Assembly (NCBI RefSeq): GCF_022846255.1
Contig: NZ_AP025682.1
DNA length: 64,000 nucleotides
Origin: Escherichia coli
GTDB lineage: Bacteria > Pseudomonadota > Gammaproteobacteria > Enterobacterales > Enterobacteriaceae
Strand: one strand, 5' to 3'
In this document: positions 55,265-63,668 of the stretch, piece by piece
How the letters are laid out: each line of letters starts with the position of its first letter
How positions within the stretch are numbered: the first letter of the stretch is position 1
Made by a program: the position numbers and the translations under genes
The notes under the pieces: generated by a model
Databases searched by the model: none
Seen by the model: the letters and a program-made list of their open reading frames with translations, nothing else
What the model was told of the DNA's origin: nothing

Positions 55265-56269
55265 ATGCCGGGAGCACCCTCATTTATTGCCCTGGACTGG
55301 GGAACGTCATCGCTTCGGGCATGGCGTTTTGGCGAATCACCAAATCCACAAGAAAAACGTGAATTCCCCTGGGGGATCATGAAATTACCCTCCCAGGCAG
55401 CAACACGTGAGGACGCTTTCCACGATACGTTTTTACGTGTCTGCGGCGACTGGCTGGCACAAACCCCATGCCCGGTACTGGCTTGCGGCATGCTCGGCAG
55501 TGCGCAAGGGTGGCAATCAGCAGCTTATTTACCTTGCCCGGTCACTCTCGAGGGTCTGGCGAAGCAGTTGACGCCTGTTATCCACCAGCAGCAGACAATG
55601 CTGCATATCATTCCTGGCGTGATTAAAGAAGGTGAAATGCCCGAAGTGATGCGTGGCGAAGAAACACAAATCTTCGGTGCTATCTCGATGGAACCGGCCC
55701 TGCAAAACGCGATCCATCAGGGTATGCCAGTGCTGATAGGCTTACCCGGCACACATGCGAAATGGGCAGTAGTTGAAAACAACACCATTACCGATTTCCG
55801 AACCTTTATGACGGGCGAGTTATTTGATGTTTTATCCCGCCATTCGATTCTCGGTGCCACCATGCATCCTGGAGATGAACCGCACTGGGATGCCTTCACC
55901 CACGGGCTGACAGCAGCACAAGAGCATCATCAGACCGGATTATTATCGACGCTGTTTTCGACCCGTTCGCGCCTGCTGACCAGTAATCTTACGTCGTCCT
56001 CGCAGGGGGATTACCTTTCCGGATTACTGATAGGCCATGAATTATGTGGTCTGGCATCCAGTTTGCTACGTGATTTACCCGCCACAACACCGATCGCCTT
56101 AATCGGTAGCGCAAATCTGAACAGCCGCTATTCACAAGCATTCAGCCACGTTTTTCCCGACAGACAGATACACGCCATTCCTAATGCCACTGAACAGGGA
56201 TTATGGCGAATCGCCCACGCTGCCGGGTTACTGTCCACCAACGCCAGGGAATGTACCCATGCCATTTAA
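55265..56269 (+). CDS. 2-dehydro-3-deoxygalactonokinase family protein (DgoK paralog)
   Basis: 334 aa; motifs shared with remembered E. coli DgoK: IALDWGTSSLRAW, MRGEETQIFGA, LPGTHAKW, DFRTFMTGELFDVL, DYLSGLLIGHE. Confidence 0.8.
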   Translation: MPGAPSFIALDWGTSSLRAWRFGESPNPQEKREFPWGIMKLPSQAATREDAFHDTFLRVCGDWLAQTPCPVLACGMLGSAQGWQSAAYLPCPVTLEGLAKQLTPVIHQQQTMLHIIPGVIKEGEMPEVMRGEETQIFGAISMEPALQNAIHQGMPVLIGLPGTHAKWAVVENNTITDFRTFMTGELFDVLSRHSILGATMHPGDEPHWDAFTHGLTAAQEHHQTGLLSTLFSTRSRLLTSNLTSSSQGDYLSGLLIGHELCGLASSLLRDLPATTPIALIGSANLNSRYSQAFSHVFPDRQIHAIPNATEQGLWRIAHAAGLLSTNARECTHAI

Positions 56270-56888
56270 TACGCTTTTGCAAAAAACCGGGTTAGTCGCC
56301 ATTTTACGCGGCGTGAAACCGGATGAGATTGTCGCCATCGGTGAAAAACTGTACGCCGCCGGATTCCGCCTGATTGAGATTCCTATGAACTCGCCGGAGG
56401 CGTTGCAAAGTATCAGTATACTGCGCGACGCCCTGCCTAAGGACTGCCTGGTCGGAGCCGGAACTGTGCTTTCGGTAGAGCAGGTGGTTGCGGTTAAAGA
56501 GGCTGGGGGCCAGATTATCGTGATGCCGCATTGCGATACTGCGGTGATCCGTCGCGCCCGTGCGCTGGGTATGTATTGTGCGCCTGGCGTCGCCACGCCC
56601 ACCGAAGCCTTTGCTGCCATTGAACATGGTGCTAATGCCATCAAGCTGTTCCCGGCTGAACAAATTACGCCAGAAGTTACCAAAGCCTGGCGTGCGGTTA
56701 TTCCACAATCCGTTCCGATGTTACCGGTTGGCGGTATCACACCGGAAACCATGGCGCGTTATCTGAGCCACGGCGCAAACGGCTTTGGCCTCGGTTCTGC
56801 GCTATATCGCCCCGGCATGACGCCAGAGCAAGTCTATGAAAATGCAGTACTGTTTATGAACGCATGGAACAATTTAAATAGCAACTAA
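56259..56888 (+). CDS. 2-dehydro-3-deoxy-6-phosphogalactonate (KDPGal/KDPG) aldolase family protein (DgoA paralog)
   Basis: Start at ATG 56259 overlapping kinase stop (ATGCCATTTAA); MPFNTLLQKTGLVAILRGVKPDEIVAIGEKLYAAGFRLIEIPMNSPEALQS...GAGTVL...; strong similarity to remembered DgoA. Confidence 0.8.
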   Translation: MPFNTLLQKTGLVAILRGVKPDEIVAIGEKLYAAGFRLIEIPMNSPEALQSISILRDALPKDCLVGAGTVLSVEQVVAVKEAGGQIIVMPHCDTAVIRRARALGMYCAPGVATPTEAFAAIEHGANAIKLFPAEQITPEVTKAWRAVIPQSVPMLPVGGITPETMARYLSHGANGFGLGSALYRPGMTPEQVYENAVLFMNAWNNLNSN

Positions 56889-56912
56889 CTGATAAATAAG
56901 GATATAAAAGCA

Positions 56913-57887
56913 ATGATAAAACATCTTACCTTACCGAAAAAAATGGCTGCAATGGTACTTCTTGCAGGCGCTGCCCTCAGCATTGCGCCTGTACAGGCAG
57001 CCTCCTGGCCAACCAAACAGATCGAGTTAGTCGTTCCCTACGCTGCCGGAGGCGGTACGGATCTGGTTGCCCGTGCCTTTGCTGATGCCGCCAAAAACCA
57101 TTTACCCGTCAGCATCGGGGTTATCAATAAACCTGGCGGAGGCGGTGCTATCGGCCTGAGTGAAATCGCCGCTGCCCGCCCTAACGGTTACAAAATTGGT
57201 TTAGGCACGGTTGAACTGACCACCCTTCCCAGCCTCGGAATGGTGCGTTTTAAAACCAGCGACTTTAAACCCATTGCCCGTCTGAATGCGGATCCGGCTG
57301 CTATCACAGTCCGTGCCGATGCGCCGTGGAATAGCTATGAAGAATTTATGGCTTACTCCAAAGCGAATCCCGGAAAAGTACGCATTGGTAACTCAGGCAC
57401 CGGAGCTATCTGGCATCTGGCGGCAGCTGCACTGGAAGACAAAACGGGCACAAAGTTTTCTCATGTCCCGTATGACGGCGCAGCCCCTGCCATTACAGGC
57501 CTGTTAGGCGGGCACATTGAAGCGGTTTCCGTAAGCCCAGGAGAAGTTATCAACCATGTGAATGGCGGCAAGCTGAAGACACTGGTAGTGATGGCGGATG
57601 AGCGAATGAAAACCATGCCTGACGTCCCGACGTTAAAAGAGAAAGGCGTTGATCTCTCCATCGGCACCTGGCGCGGCCTGATTGTGTCGCAAAAAACGCC
57701 GCAGGATGTGGTGGATGTTCTGGCAAAGGCAGCAAAAGAGACGGCTGAAGAGCCTGCATTCCAGGATGCACTGCAAAAGTTGAATCTCAACTATGCATGG
57801 CTTGACGCTGCCAGCTTCCAGACCCAAATCAGCGAACAGGAAAAGTACTTTGACGAGTTGCTGACTCGCCTGGGCCTGAAAAAATAA
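56913..57887 (+). CDS. tripartite tricarboxylate transporter (TTT) periplasmic substrate-binding protein, TctC/Bug family
   Basis: 324 aa with signal peptide ...AALSIAPVQAASWP; Bug-family motifs VPYAAGGGTD, KPGGGGAIG. Confidence 0.8.
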   Translation: MIKHLTLPKKMAAMVLLAGAALSIAPVQAASWPTKQIELVVPYAAGGGTDLVARAFADAAKNHLPVSIGVINKPGGGGAIGLSEIAAARPNGYKIGLGTVELTTLPSLGMVRFKTSDFKPIARLNADPAAITVRADAPWNSYEEFMAYSKANPGKVRIGNSGTGAIWHLAAAALEDKTGTKFSHVPYDGAAPAITGLLGGHIEAVSVSPGEVINHVNGGKLKTLVVMADERMKTMPDVPTLKEKGVDLSIGTWRGLIVSQKTPQDVVDVLAKAAKETAEEPAFQDALQKLNLNYAWLDAASFQTQISEQEKYFDELLTRLGLKK

Positions 57888-57900
57888 ACCTGAGGTACGG

Positions 57901-58410
57901 TTGATGAACACAAAACAGTCTGTTGCTCAACTCGCCGTACCGCACCGCAAGCGCCTTTCATCAACGATGGTGGTGGCGCTGTTACTTTGTGTGGTTGCTG
58001 GCGCGGTGATGATTAATGCCGCTGATTTTCCAGCAACTGCCATTGAAACGGATCCCGGTGCAAGTGCCTTCCCTACCTTCTATGCCTGTGCCCTGATTGT
58101 GCTCGCTGTCTTGCTGGTGATACGCGATCTTTTGCAGGCAAAACCAGCCTCTTGCGCCAACGCACAGGAAAAACCGGCATTCAGGAAAACAGCAACAGGA
58201 ATTGCGGCAACCGCGTTTTATATTGTGGCGATGAGCTACTGCGGTTATCTCATTACTACTCCTGTTTTCCTCATCGTCATTATGACGTTGATGGGCTACA
58301 GGCGATGGGTACTCACACCGGGTATTGCGCTGCTGTTAACGGCAATCCTCTGGTTGCTGTTTGTCGAAGCGTTACAGGTGCCATTGCCTGTCGGCACATT
58401 TTTCGAATAA
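57901..58410 (+). CDS. TTT small membrane subunit (TctB-like)
   Basis: 169 aa, 4 predicted TM helices, positioned between TctC-like and TctA-like genes. Confidence 0.7.
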   Translation: MMNTKQSVAQLAVPHRKRLSSTMVVALLLCVVAGAVMINAADFPATAIETDPGASAFPTFYACALIVLAVLLVIRDLLQAKPASCANAQEKPAFRKTATGIAATAFYIVAMSYCGYLITTPVFLIVIMTLMGYRRWVLTPGIALLLTAILWLLFVEALQVPLPVGTFFE

Positions 58411-58422
58411 CAGGGGCCAGCA

Positions 58423-59913
58423 ATGTTTGAAAGTGAACTTTTAACTCAGGGTTTTTCGACATTACTCAATAATCCTCAGGCGCTGCTGTTTGCCACTTTT
58501 GGGGTGATGCTGGGTATTGTGATTGGCGCTTTGCCTGGTCTGACAGCGACCATGGGTGTGGCGATTTTGCTGCCTTTCACCTACGGCATGGAGCCTGTTT
58601 CTGGATTGTTGATGATTTGCGGCGTCTTTTTTGGTGGCGTCTACGGTGGTTCTATCACCGCAATTTTGCTCAAAATTCCCGGAACGCCTGCCGCCGCAGC
58701 CACCGCTATTGATGGTTATGAGCTGACGAAACAGGGAAAAGCAGGGCTGGCATTGAGTGCCGCCACGTTCTCTTCCTTTAGTGGCGGAACGCTCAGCATT
58801 ATCGTGCTGATGTTTCTCTCTCCGGTACTTGCCAGTTGGGCGCTGAAATTTAGTGCCTCGGAGTCCTTCGCCCTGGCAACCTTCGGACTGAGCATTATTG
58901 CCAGTATTTCCGGTGAGTCGCTGATTAAGGGGCTGATTGCCGGGGTTGGCGGATTGCTGATCGCAACGATAGGCCTTGATCCAATGGGCGGTTTTCCACG
59001 GTTTACAGGTGGATTTGTGGAGCTGATGAATGTGCCATTTATCCCGGTGATGATTGGTTTATTTGCTGCTTCAGAAGCATTCCGCTCTATGGAGCAAAAC
59101 CAGCAAATTCGTCGGGGCGCGAAGGTGGCTATCGGCAGTCTGTTACTGCCCTGGCAAACACTACGCCGCATCGCATTAACCATTTTGCGCTCATCAGGAT
59201 TAGGGGTTTTTATCGGCATGATCCCCGGTGCGGGGGCGGATATTGCAGCTTTTGTTGCCTATAACGAAACTCGTCGTTTCAGTAAGACACCAGAAAACTT
59301 TGGTAAGGGTGAAATTAAAGCTGTGGCCTCCTGTGAGGCAGGCGCGAATGGCTGCACCGGTGGCGCATTGTTACCTATGCTGACGCTGGGGATCCCTGGC
59401 GATGCGGTAACCGCCATCATGCTGGGCGCGTTAACGTTACAGGGAATGCAACCAGGCCCGCTGATGTTTACCGACCACGGCGATATGGTTTATACACTGT
59501 TTGTCGGCATGATCTTTTGTTACTTCATGCTGCTAGTTCTTGGACTGCTCTCTTTGAAAGTCATCGGTAACGTGGTGAAGATCCCCGGCAATATTCTCAC
59601 ACCGATGATCCTCGCACTTTGTGTGGTCGGGACTTATGCGTTGAACAATAGCCTTTTTGATGTTGGCATTATGCTGATTGCAGGCGTGGTGGGCTATTTC
59701 ATGCAGAAAGGAGGATATCCGGCATCACCCGTAGTGCTGGCATTGATTATGGGGCCAATGGCGGAAAGTAATTTTCGCCGTGCGCTGTCGCTTTCTGGTG
59801 GGTCACTCGACTTTCTGTATACCCGACCGATCACTCTGGCATTGCTAACTCTGGCAGCCTTTACGCTACTGACGCCAATAATCCGCAAAATAATGCGTTT
59901 ACGGCGTCAGTAA
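58423..59913 (+). CDS. TTT large permease subunit (TctA-like)
   Basis: 496 aa polytopic membrane protein with duplicated-domain architecture typical of TctA. Confidence 0.8.
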   Translation: MFESELLTQGFSTLLNNPQALLFATFGVMLGIVIGALPGLTATMGVAILLPFTYGMEPVSGLLMICGVFFGGVYGGSITAILLKIPGTPAAAATAIDGYELTKQGKAGLALSAATFSSFSGGTLSIIVLMFLSPVLASWALKFSASESFALATFGLSIIASISGESLIKGLIAGVGGLLIATIGLDPMGGFPRFTGGFVELMNVPFIPVMIGLFAASEAFRSMEQNQQIRRGAKVAIGSLLLPWQTLRRIALTILRSSGLGVFIGMIPGAGADIAAFVAYNETRRFSKTPENFGKGEIKAVASCEAGANGCTGGALLPMLTLGIPGDAVTAIMLGALTLQGMQPGPLMFTDHGDMVYTLFVGMIFCYFMLLVLGLLSLKVIGNVVKIPGNILTPMILALCVVGTYALNNSLFDVGIMLIAGVVGYFMQKGGYPASPVVLALIMGPMAESNFRRALSLSGGSLDFLYTRPITLALLTLAAFTLLTPIIRKIMRLRRQ

Positions 59914-59920
59914 CTGATAT

Positions 59921-59947
59921 CGCTCCCCGAAGTTGGGGAGCGTTTTT
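59921..59947 (+). terminator. Rho-independent terminator after the tctA-like gene
   Basis: Hairpin GCTCCCCGAAGTTGGGGAGC followed by GTTTTTTTATTT; lies in the 34 bp gap before the convergent udp stop. Confidence 0.6.
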
Positions 59948-60712
59948 TTATTTCAGCAGACGACGCGCCGCTTCCACCACGATTTTCACCGCATGGCTTT
60001 CGGTTTGTTTCATCGTCTCAGCATTCGGGATCTCTTGCTGGGTGCGGTTAACGATAACCCCCGCTACCATACCGGCACGCAGGCCCTGACTTGCACACAT
60101 GGTCAGCAGGGTTGCAGATTCCATTTCATAGTTCATTACGCCCATCGCCTGCCACTCTTCCATAGAACCTTTAAAGTGACGAACTACGCGACCAGAGTAA
60201 GTATCGTAACGTTCCTGACCAGGGTAGAAGGTATCAGAAGAAGCTGTCACGCCAACGTGAGTCGTCGCGCCAATGGATTTCGCAGCTTCAACCAGCGCAG
60301 TCGTACATTCGAAATCAGCGACAGCCGGGAATTCCAGCGGTGCGAAGTGCAGGCTCGCACCATCCAGACGAACAGACGCCGTGGTAACCAGGACATCGCC
60401 AACATTAATATGCGGCTGAATAGCGCCCGTTGTGCCGATACGCAGGAAGGTGCGAATGCCCAGCTGTGCCAGCTCTTCAACAGCAATAGAGGTAGACGGG
60501 CCGCCGATACCGGTAGAGCAGACGATAACAGGTTTACCATCCAGCTCTGCACGCCAGGTGGTGAATTCGCGATGAGATGCCAGCTTAACCGGCTTATCCA
60601 TCAGCGCGGCGATCTTTTCCACACGATCCGGGTCGCCAGGGACGATGGCAAGCGTAGCCCCTTGTAAATCGTTTTTAGTGAGGCCGAGATGAAAAACATC
60701 AGACTTGGACAT
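59948..60712 (-). CDS. udp: uridine phosphorylase
   Basis: Start taken at [44 protein letters not shown]; PNP/UDP family. Confidence 0.95.
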   Translation of the reverse strand: MSKSDVFHLGLTKNDLQGATLAIVPGDPDRVEKIAALMDKPVKLASHREFTTWRAELDGKPVIVCSTGIGGPSTSIAVEELAQLGIRTFLRIGTTGAIQPHINVGDVLVTTASVRLDGASLHFAPLEFPAVADFECTTALVEAAKSIGATTHVGVTASSDTFYPGQERYDTYSGRVVRHFKGSMEEWQAMGVMNYEMESATLLTMCASQGLRAGMVAGVIVNRTQQEIPNAETMKQTESHAVKIVVEAARRLLK

Positions 60713-60973
60713 ATACAACTCCTCTGTGAATCGGTTTAGTCAGAAGAAGCAAAAAGACACTTTACCGAAGGGTTTAACATTTTTTCGTGATACTCATCAC
60801 CATGACGAAAATGCGTTGCATAAATTTACCCGCCAAAAGTGATGCAAATCACATAAATCACTCTTCATTCTGCAGGACTGCATAAAAGATGAGCCGATTC
60901 AGGCAATGTGATTTGTTGCATGCTGACTATAGTTAACATTGCGCAACATTTTTATAAGGGTACGGAGAATACC

Positions 60974-61783
60974 ATGGCAACAACACAACAATCTGGATTT
61001 GCACCTGCTGCATCGCCTCTCGCTTCGACCATCGTTCAGACTCCGGACGACGCGATTGTGGCGGGCTTCACCTCTATCCCTTCACAAGGGGATAACATGC
61101 CTGCTTACCATGCCAGACCAAAGCAAAGCGATGGCCCACTGCCAGTGGTCATTGTAGTGCAGGAAATTTTTGGCGTGCATGAACATATCCGCGATATTTG
61201 TCGCCGTCTGGCGCTGGAGGGGTATCTGGCTATCGCACCTGAACTTTACTTCCGCGAAGGCGATCCGAATGATTTTGCCGATATCCCTACGCTGCTTAGC
61301 GGTCTGGTAGCAAAAGTGCCTGACTCGCAGGTGCTGGCCGATCTCGATCATGTCGCCAGTTGGGCTTCCCGCAACGGCGGCGATGTTCATCGTTTAATGA
61401 TCACCGGATTCTGCTGGGGTGGACGTATCACCTGGCTGTATGCCGCGCATAATCCACAGCTAAAAGCCGCAGTGGCGTGGTACGGCAAACTGACGGGCGA
61501 CAAGTCGCTGAATTCACCGAAACAACCTGTTGATATCGCAACCGATCTTAACGCGCCGGTTCTCGGCTTATATGGTGGTCAGGATAACAGCATTCCGCAA
61601 GAGAGTGTGGAAACGATGCGCCAGGCGTTGCGGGCAGCAAACGCGAAAGCAGAGATTATCGTGTACCCGGATGCAGGGCATGCGTTCAACGCCGATTATC
61701 GTCCGAGCTATCATGCCGAGTCTGCGAAAGACGGCTGGCAGCGAATGTTGGAATGGTTTACACAGTATGGTGTTAAAAAGTAA
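60974..61783 (+). CDS. ysgA: dienelactone hydrolase family protein
   Basis: Start at ATG 60974 (RBS GGAG): MATTQQSGFAPAASPLASTIVQTPDD...; alpha/beta hydrolase with GFCWGG nucleophile elbow. Confidence 0.85.
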   Translation: MATTQQSGFAPAASPLASTIVQTPDDAIVAGFTSIPSQGDNMPAYHARPKQSDGPLPVVIVVQEIFGVHEHIRDICRRLALEGYLAIAPELYFREGDPNDFADIPTLLSGLVAKVPDSQVLADLDHVASWASRNGGDVHRLMITGFCWGGRITWLYAAHNPQLKAAVAWYGKLTGDKSLNSPKQPVDIATDLNAPVLGLYGGQDNSIPQESVETMRQALRAANAKAEIIVYPDAGHAFNADYRPSYHAESAKDGWQRMLEWFTQYGVKK

Positions 61784-61848
61784 CGCCATAGTCGCTAAAT
61801 CTGATGATTAAGCTCACACAATTTCAACGATTTTTTTAATCTCAAAAC

Positions 61849-61960
61849 CATACAGCATCAAAAAATTTGTTGCTGTATGCCACTCTTTGACTCCCTTCAC
61901 ATTCGTCATCACACCACCTGCTGAATGCAAAAATTTCGTTGCTGTGCGGCAAACTTTTTT
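61849..61960. promoter_or_regulatory. Repeated AAAAATTT(C)GTTGCTGT motifs, the first inside a 9 bp inverted repeat CATACAGCA-N13-TGCTGTATG; candidate regulatory sites upstream of the hydrolase operon
   Basis: Copies at 61861-61876 and 61930-61945 (~69 bp apart); inverted repeat arms 61849-61857 and 61871-61879; no sigma-70 consensus confidently assigned. Confidence 0.3.
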
Positions 61961-62039
61961 CCTGTTTTGTGCCGCTTTTCTCCTGAATACTCGTTCTCAG
62001 AACAACTGGATCGTTTAAACATCAGACAGGAGATTTACC

Positions 62040-62708
62040 ATGACGCAATCCATTTTTCAGGCTCAACCCTTTGAATTACCTTTTGATCCGCGCACAACTG
62101 CACTGGTCATGATCGACATGCAGCGTGACTTTGTCGAAGCAGGGGGCTTCGGTGAGGCACTGGGCAATGATGTTTCACTGGTACGCACGGCTATCGCACC
62201 ATGTACAGAGGTGCTGGCAGCCGCACGTCAAAAAGGAATTATGGTTATTCATACTCGTGAAGGCCATCGTGCAGACTTAAGCGACTGCCCGCCAGCCAAA
62301 CTGACGCGCGGCGGAAAAACCTTTATTGGTGAACCAGGACCGATGGGACGCATTCTGGTCAGAGGTGAAGCAGGTCATGACATCATTCCTGAACTGTACC
62401 CGGTGGCAGGCGAACCGGTGATTGATAAGCCTGGCAAAGGCGCGTTTTATCAAACCGACTTACATCTGATTTTGCAAAACCACGGTATCAAGACGCTGAT
62501 AGTTTGTGGTGTTACAACCGAAGTTTGCGTAACCACCACCGTGCGCGAAGCAAATGATCGTGGCTATGAATGCATTATCCCGGAAGATTGTGTCGGCTCC
62601 TATTTCCCGGAATTCCAGAAATACGCCCTCGAGATGATCAAAGCACAAGGTGCCATTTTCGGTTGGGTTACTGATTCCAAAGCCATTATTGCAGGCCTGG
62701 AAGGCTAA
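62040..62708 (+). CDS. isochorismatase-family cysteine hydrolase (RutB-like amidohydrolase)
   Basis: 222 aa; RBS ACAGGAGA; catalytic-triad contexts MIDMQRDF (Asp), DKPGKGAFYQT (Lys), GVTTEVCVTTT (Cys); resembles remembered RutB ureidoacrylate amidohydrolase. Confidence 0.8.
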   Translation: MTQSIFQAQPFELPFDPRTTALVMIDMQRDFVEAGGFGEALGNDVSLVRTAIAPCTEVLAAARQKGIMVIHTREGHRADLSDCPPAKLTRGGKTFIGEPGPMGRILVRGEAGHDIIPELYPVAGEPVIDKPGKGAFYQTDLHLILQNHGIKTLIVCGVTTEVCVTTTVREANDRGYECIIPEDCVGSYFPEFQKYALEMIKAQGAIFGWVTDSKAIIAGLEG

Positions 62709-62713
62709 CACCG

Positions 62714-63574
62714 ATGGTACAGGTTACGCTTTGCGCATCGTCGTTGGGATATCTTTTCCCGCAGAATGAAACGCAAGATTTACGTCTACATAGCGCTTTT
62801 AAACATGCGGTAAATCTGTATTCAGACGCGGGAACATTCATCACTCTGTTGTGTGCGCAAACGTATCTGAATCTCCCTGATGCAGCCAGAGTCTGGCTAC
62901 CTGAATGTTGGGACTGGCGAAGAGAGATTGCCCATTCAGATCCCATTCAGTTAACCCCAGGCTTACTGCGGACACCTCGATTTTGTGTGGCGCTCGAAAA
63001 CGCAACGCTCTGGCAGTCGCCATTTGTGGGGGGAATGCTGACACTTGAGGCATTCCCTTTGGTTTTCCAGCACTACCCAACGATGGCATCGCAACGGCTT
63101 TTATTTTGTCTGGAACATAACGTTCAAAGCACATTGCACCTGCCGGATAGTCTCACGCACCAGGGATTAGCGATTATGGAGCATCCAGATGCGCTGGAAC
63201 GCCAGGTGCCACAACTGATCGGCTTTGGTAAAGGCTTAACGCCCGATGGAGATGACTATTTGTTGGGCTATCTGGCAGCACTCTGGTTATGGCAACTCCC
63301 TGCACCACTTGCCGATCATCAATACCGGTTGCAGCAGGTAATTGATCAACATGCGCACAACACCACGGATATCAGTCGTCATTATCTGGAGCGTGCGCTT
63401 CAGGGACATTTTTCAGAACCGATTTGCCAGTTACTCGCACAACTGGTTGGGAGTGCATCGGCAATGACAATCGCATCCTGTGCAGAACAGGTCATGCAAT
63501 TTGGCGCAACGTCAGGAGTAGATTGCCTTGCAGGAATGCTGCATGGCTTTCGAACCCTGAACACCATGAATTGA
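62714..63574 (+). CDS. DUF2877-like protein (AllH/YlbF/YahE-type partner of FdrA-like proteins)
   Basis: 286 aa starting 6 bp after the hydrolase stop (translationally coupled); motif GKGLTPDGDDYLLGYL; family assignment from size and position before an FdrA-like gene. Confidence 0.55.
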   Translation: MVQVTLCASSLGYLFPQNETQDLRLHSAFKHAVNLYSDAGTFITLLCAQTYLNLPDAARVWLPECWDWRREIAHSDPIQLTPGLLRTPRFCVALENATLWQSPFVGGMLTLEAFPLVFQHYPTMASQRLLFCLEHNVQSTLHLPDSLTHQGLAIMEHPDALERQVPQLIGFGKGLTPDGDDYLLGYLAALWLWQLPAPLADHQYRLQQVIDQHAHNTTDISRHYLERALQGHFSEPICQLLAQLVGSASAMTIASCAEQVMQFGATSGVDCLAGMLHGFRTLNTMN

Positions 63575-63668
63575 TTTCAACCTTTTCTCCCGTAGCCCGT
63601 TTATGGGGCTACACGGGGATGCTTTGCCCGAATTTTGCTATCGGGCGGAATGAAACAGGCGTAACAGC

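Noticed and set aside
54258-59947. Possibility that the rmuC-udp island is a prophage remnant or IS-borne element
   Set aside because: No integrase, transposase, tRNA attachment site or obvious terminal repeats were seen; the content is purely metabolic. Horizontal acquisition is still likely but the mechanism is not evident.
61784-61848. Possible intrinsic terminator for ysgA in the T-run at 61831-61837
   Set aside because: No convincing GC-rich hairpin precedes the T-run; left unannotated.
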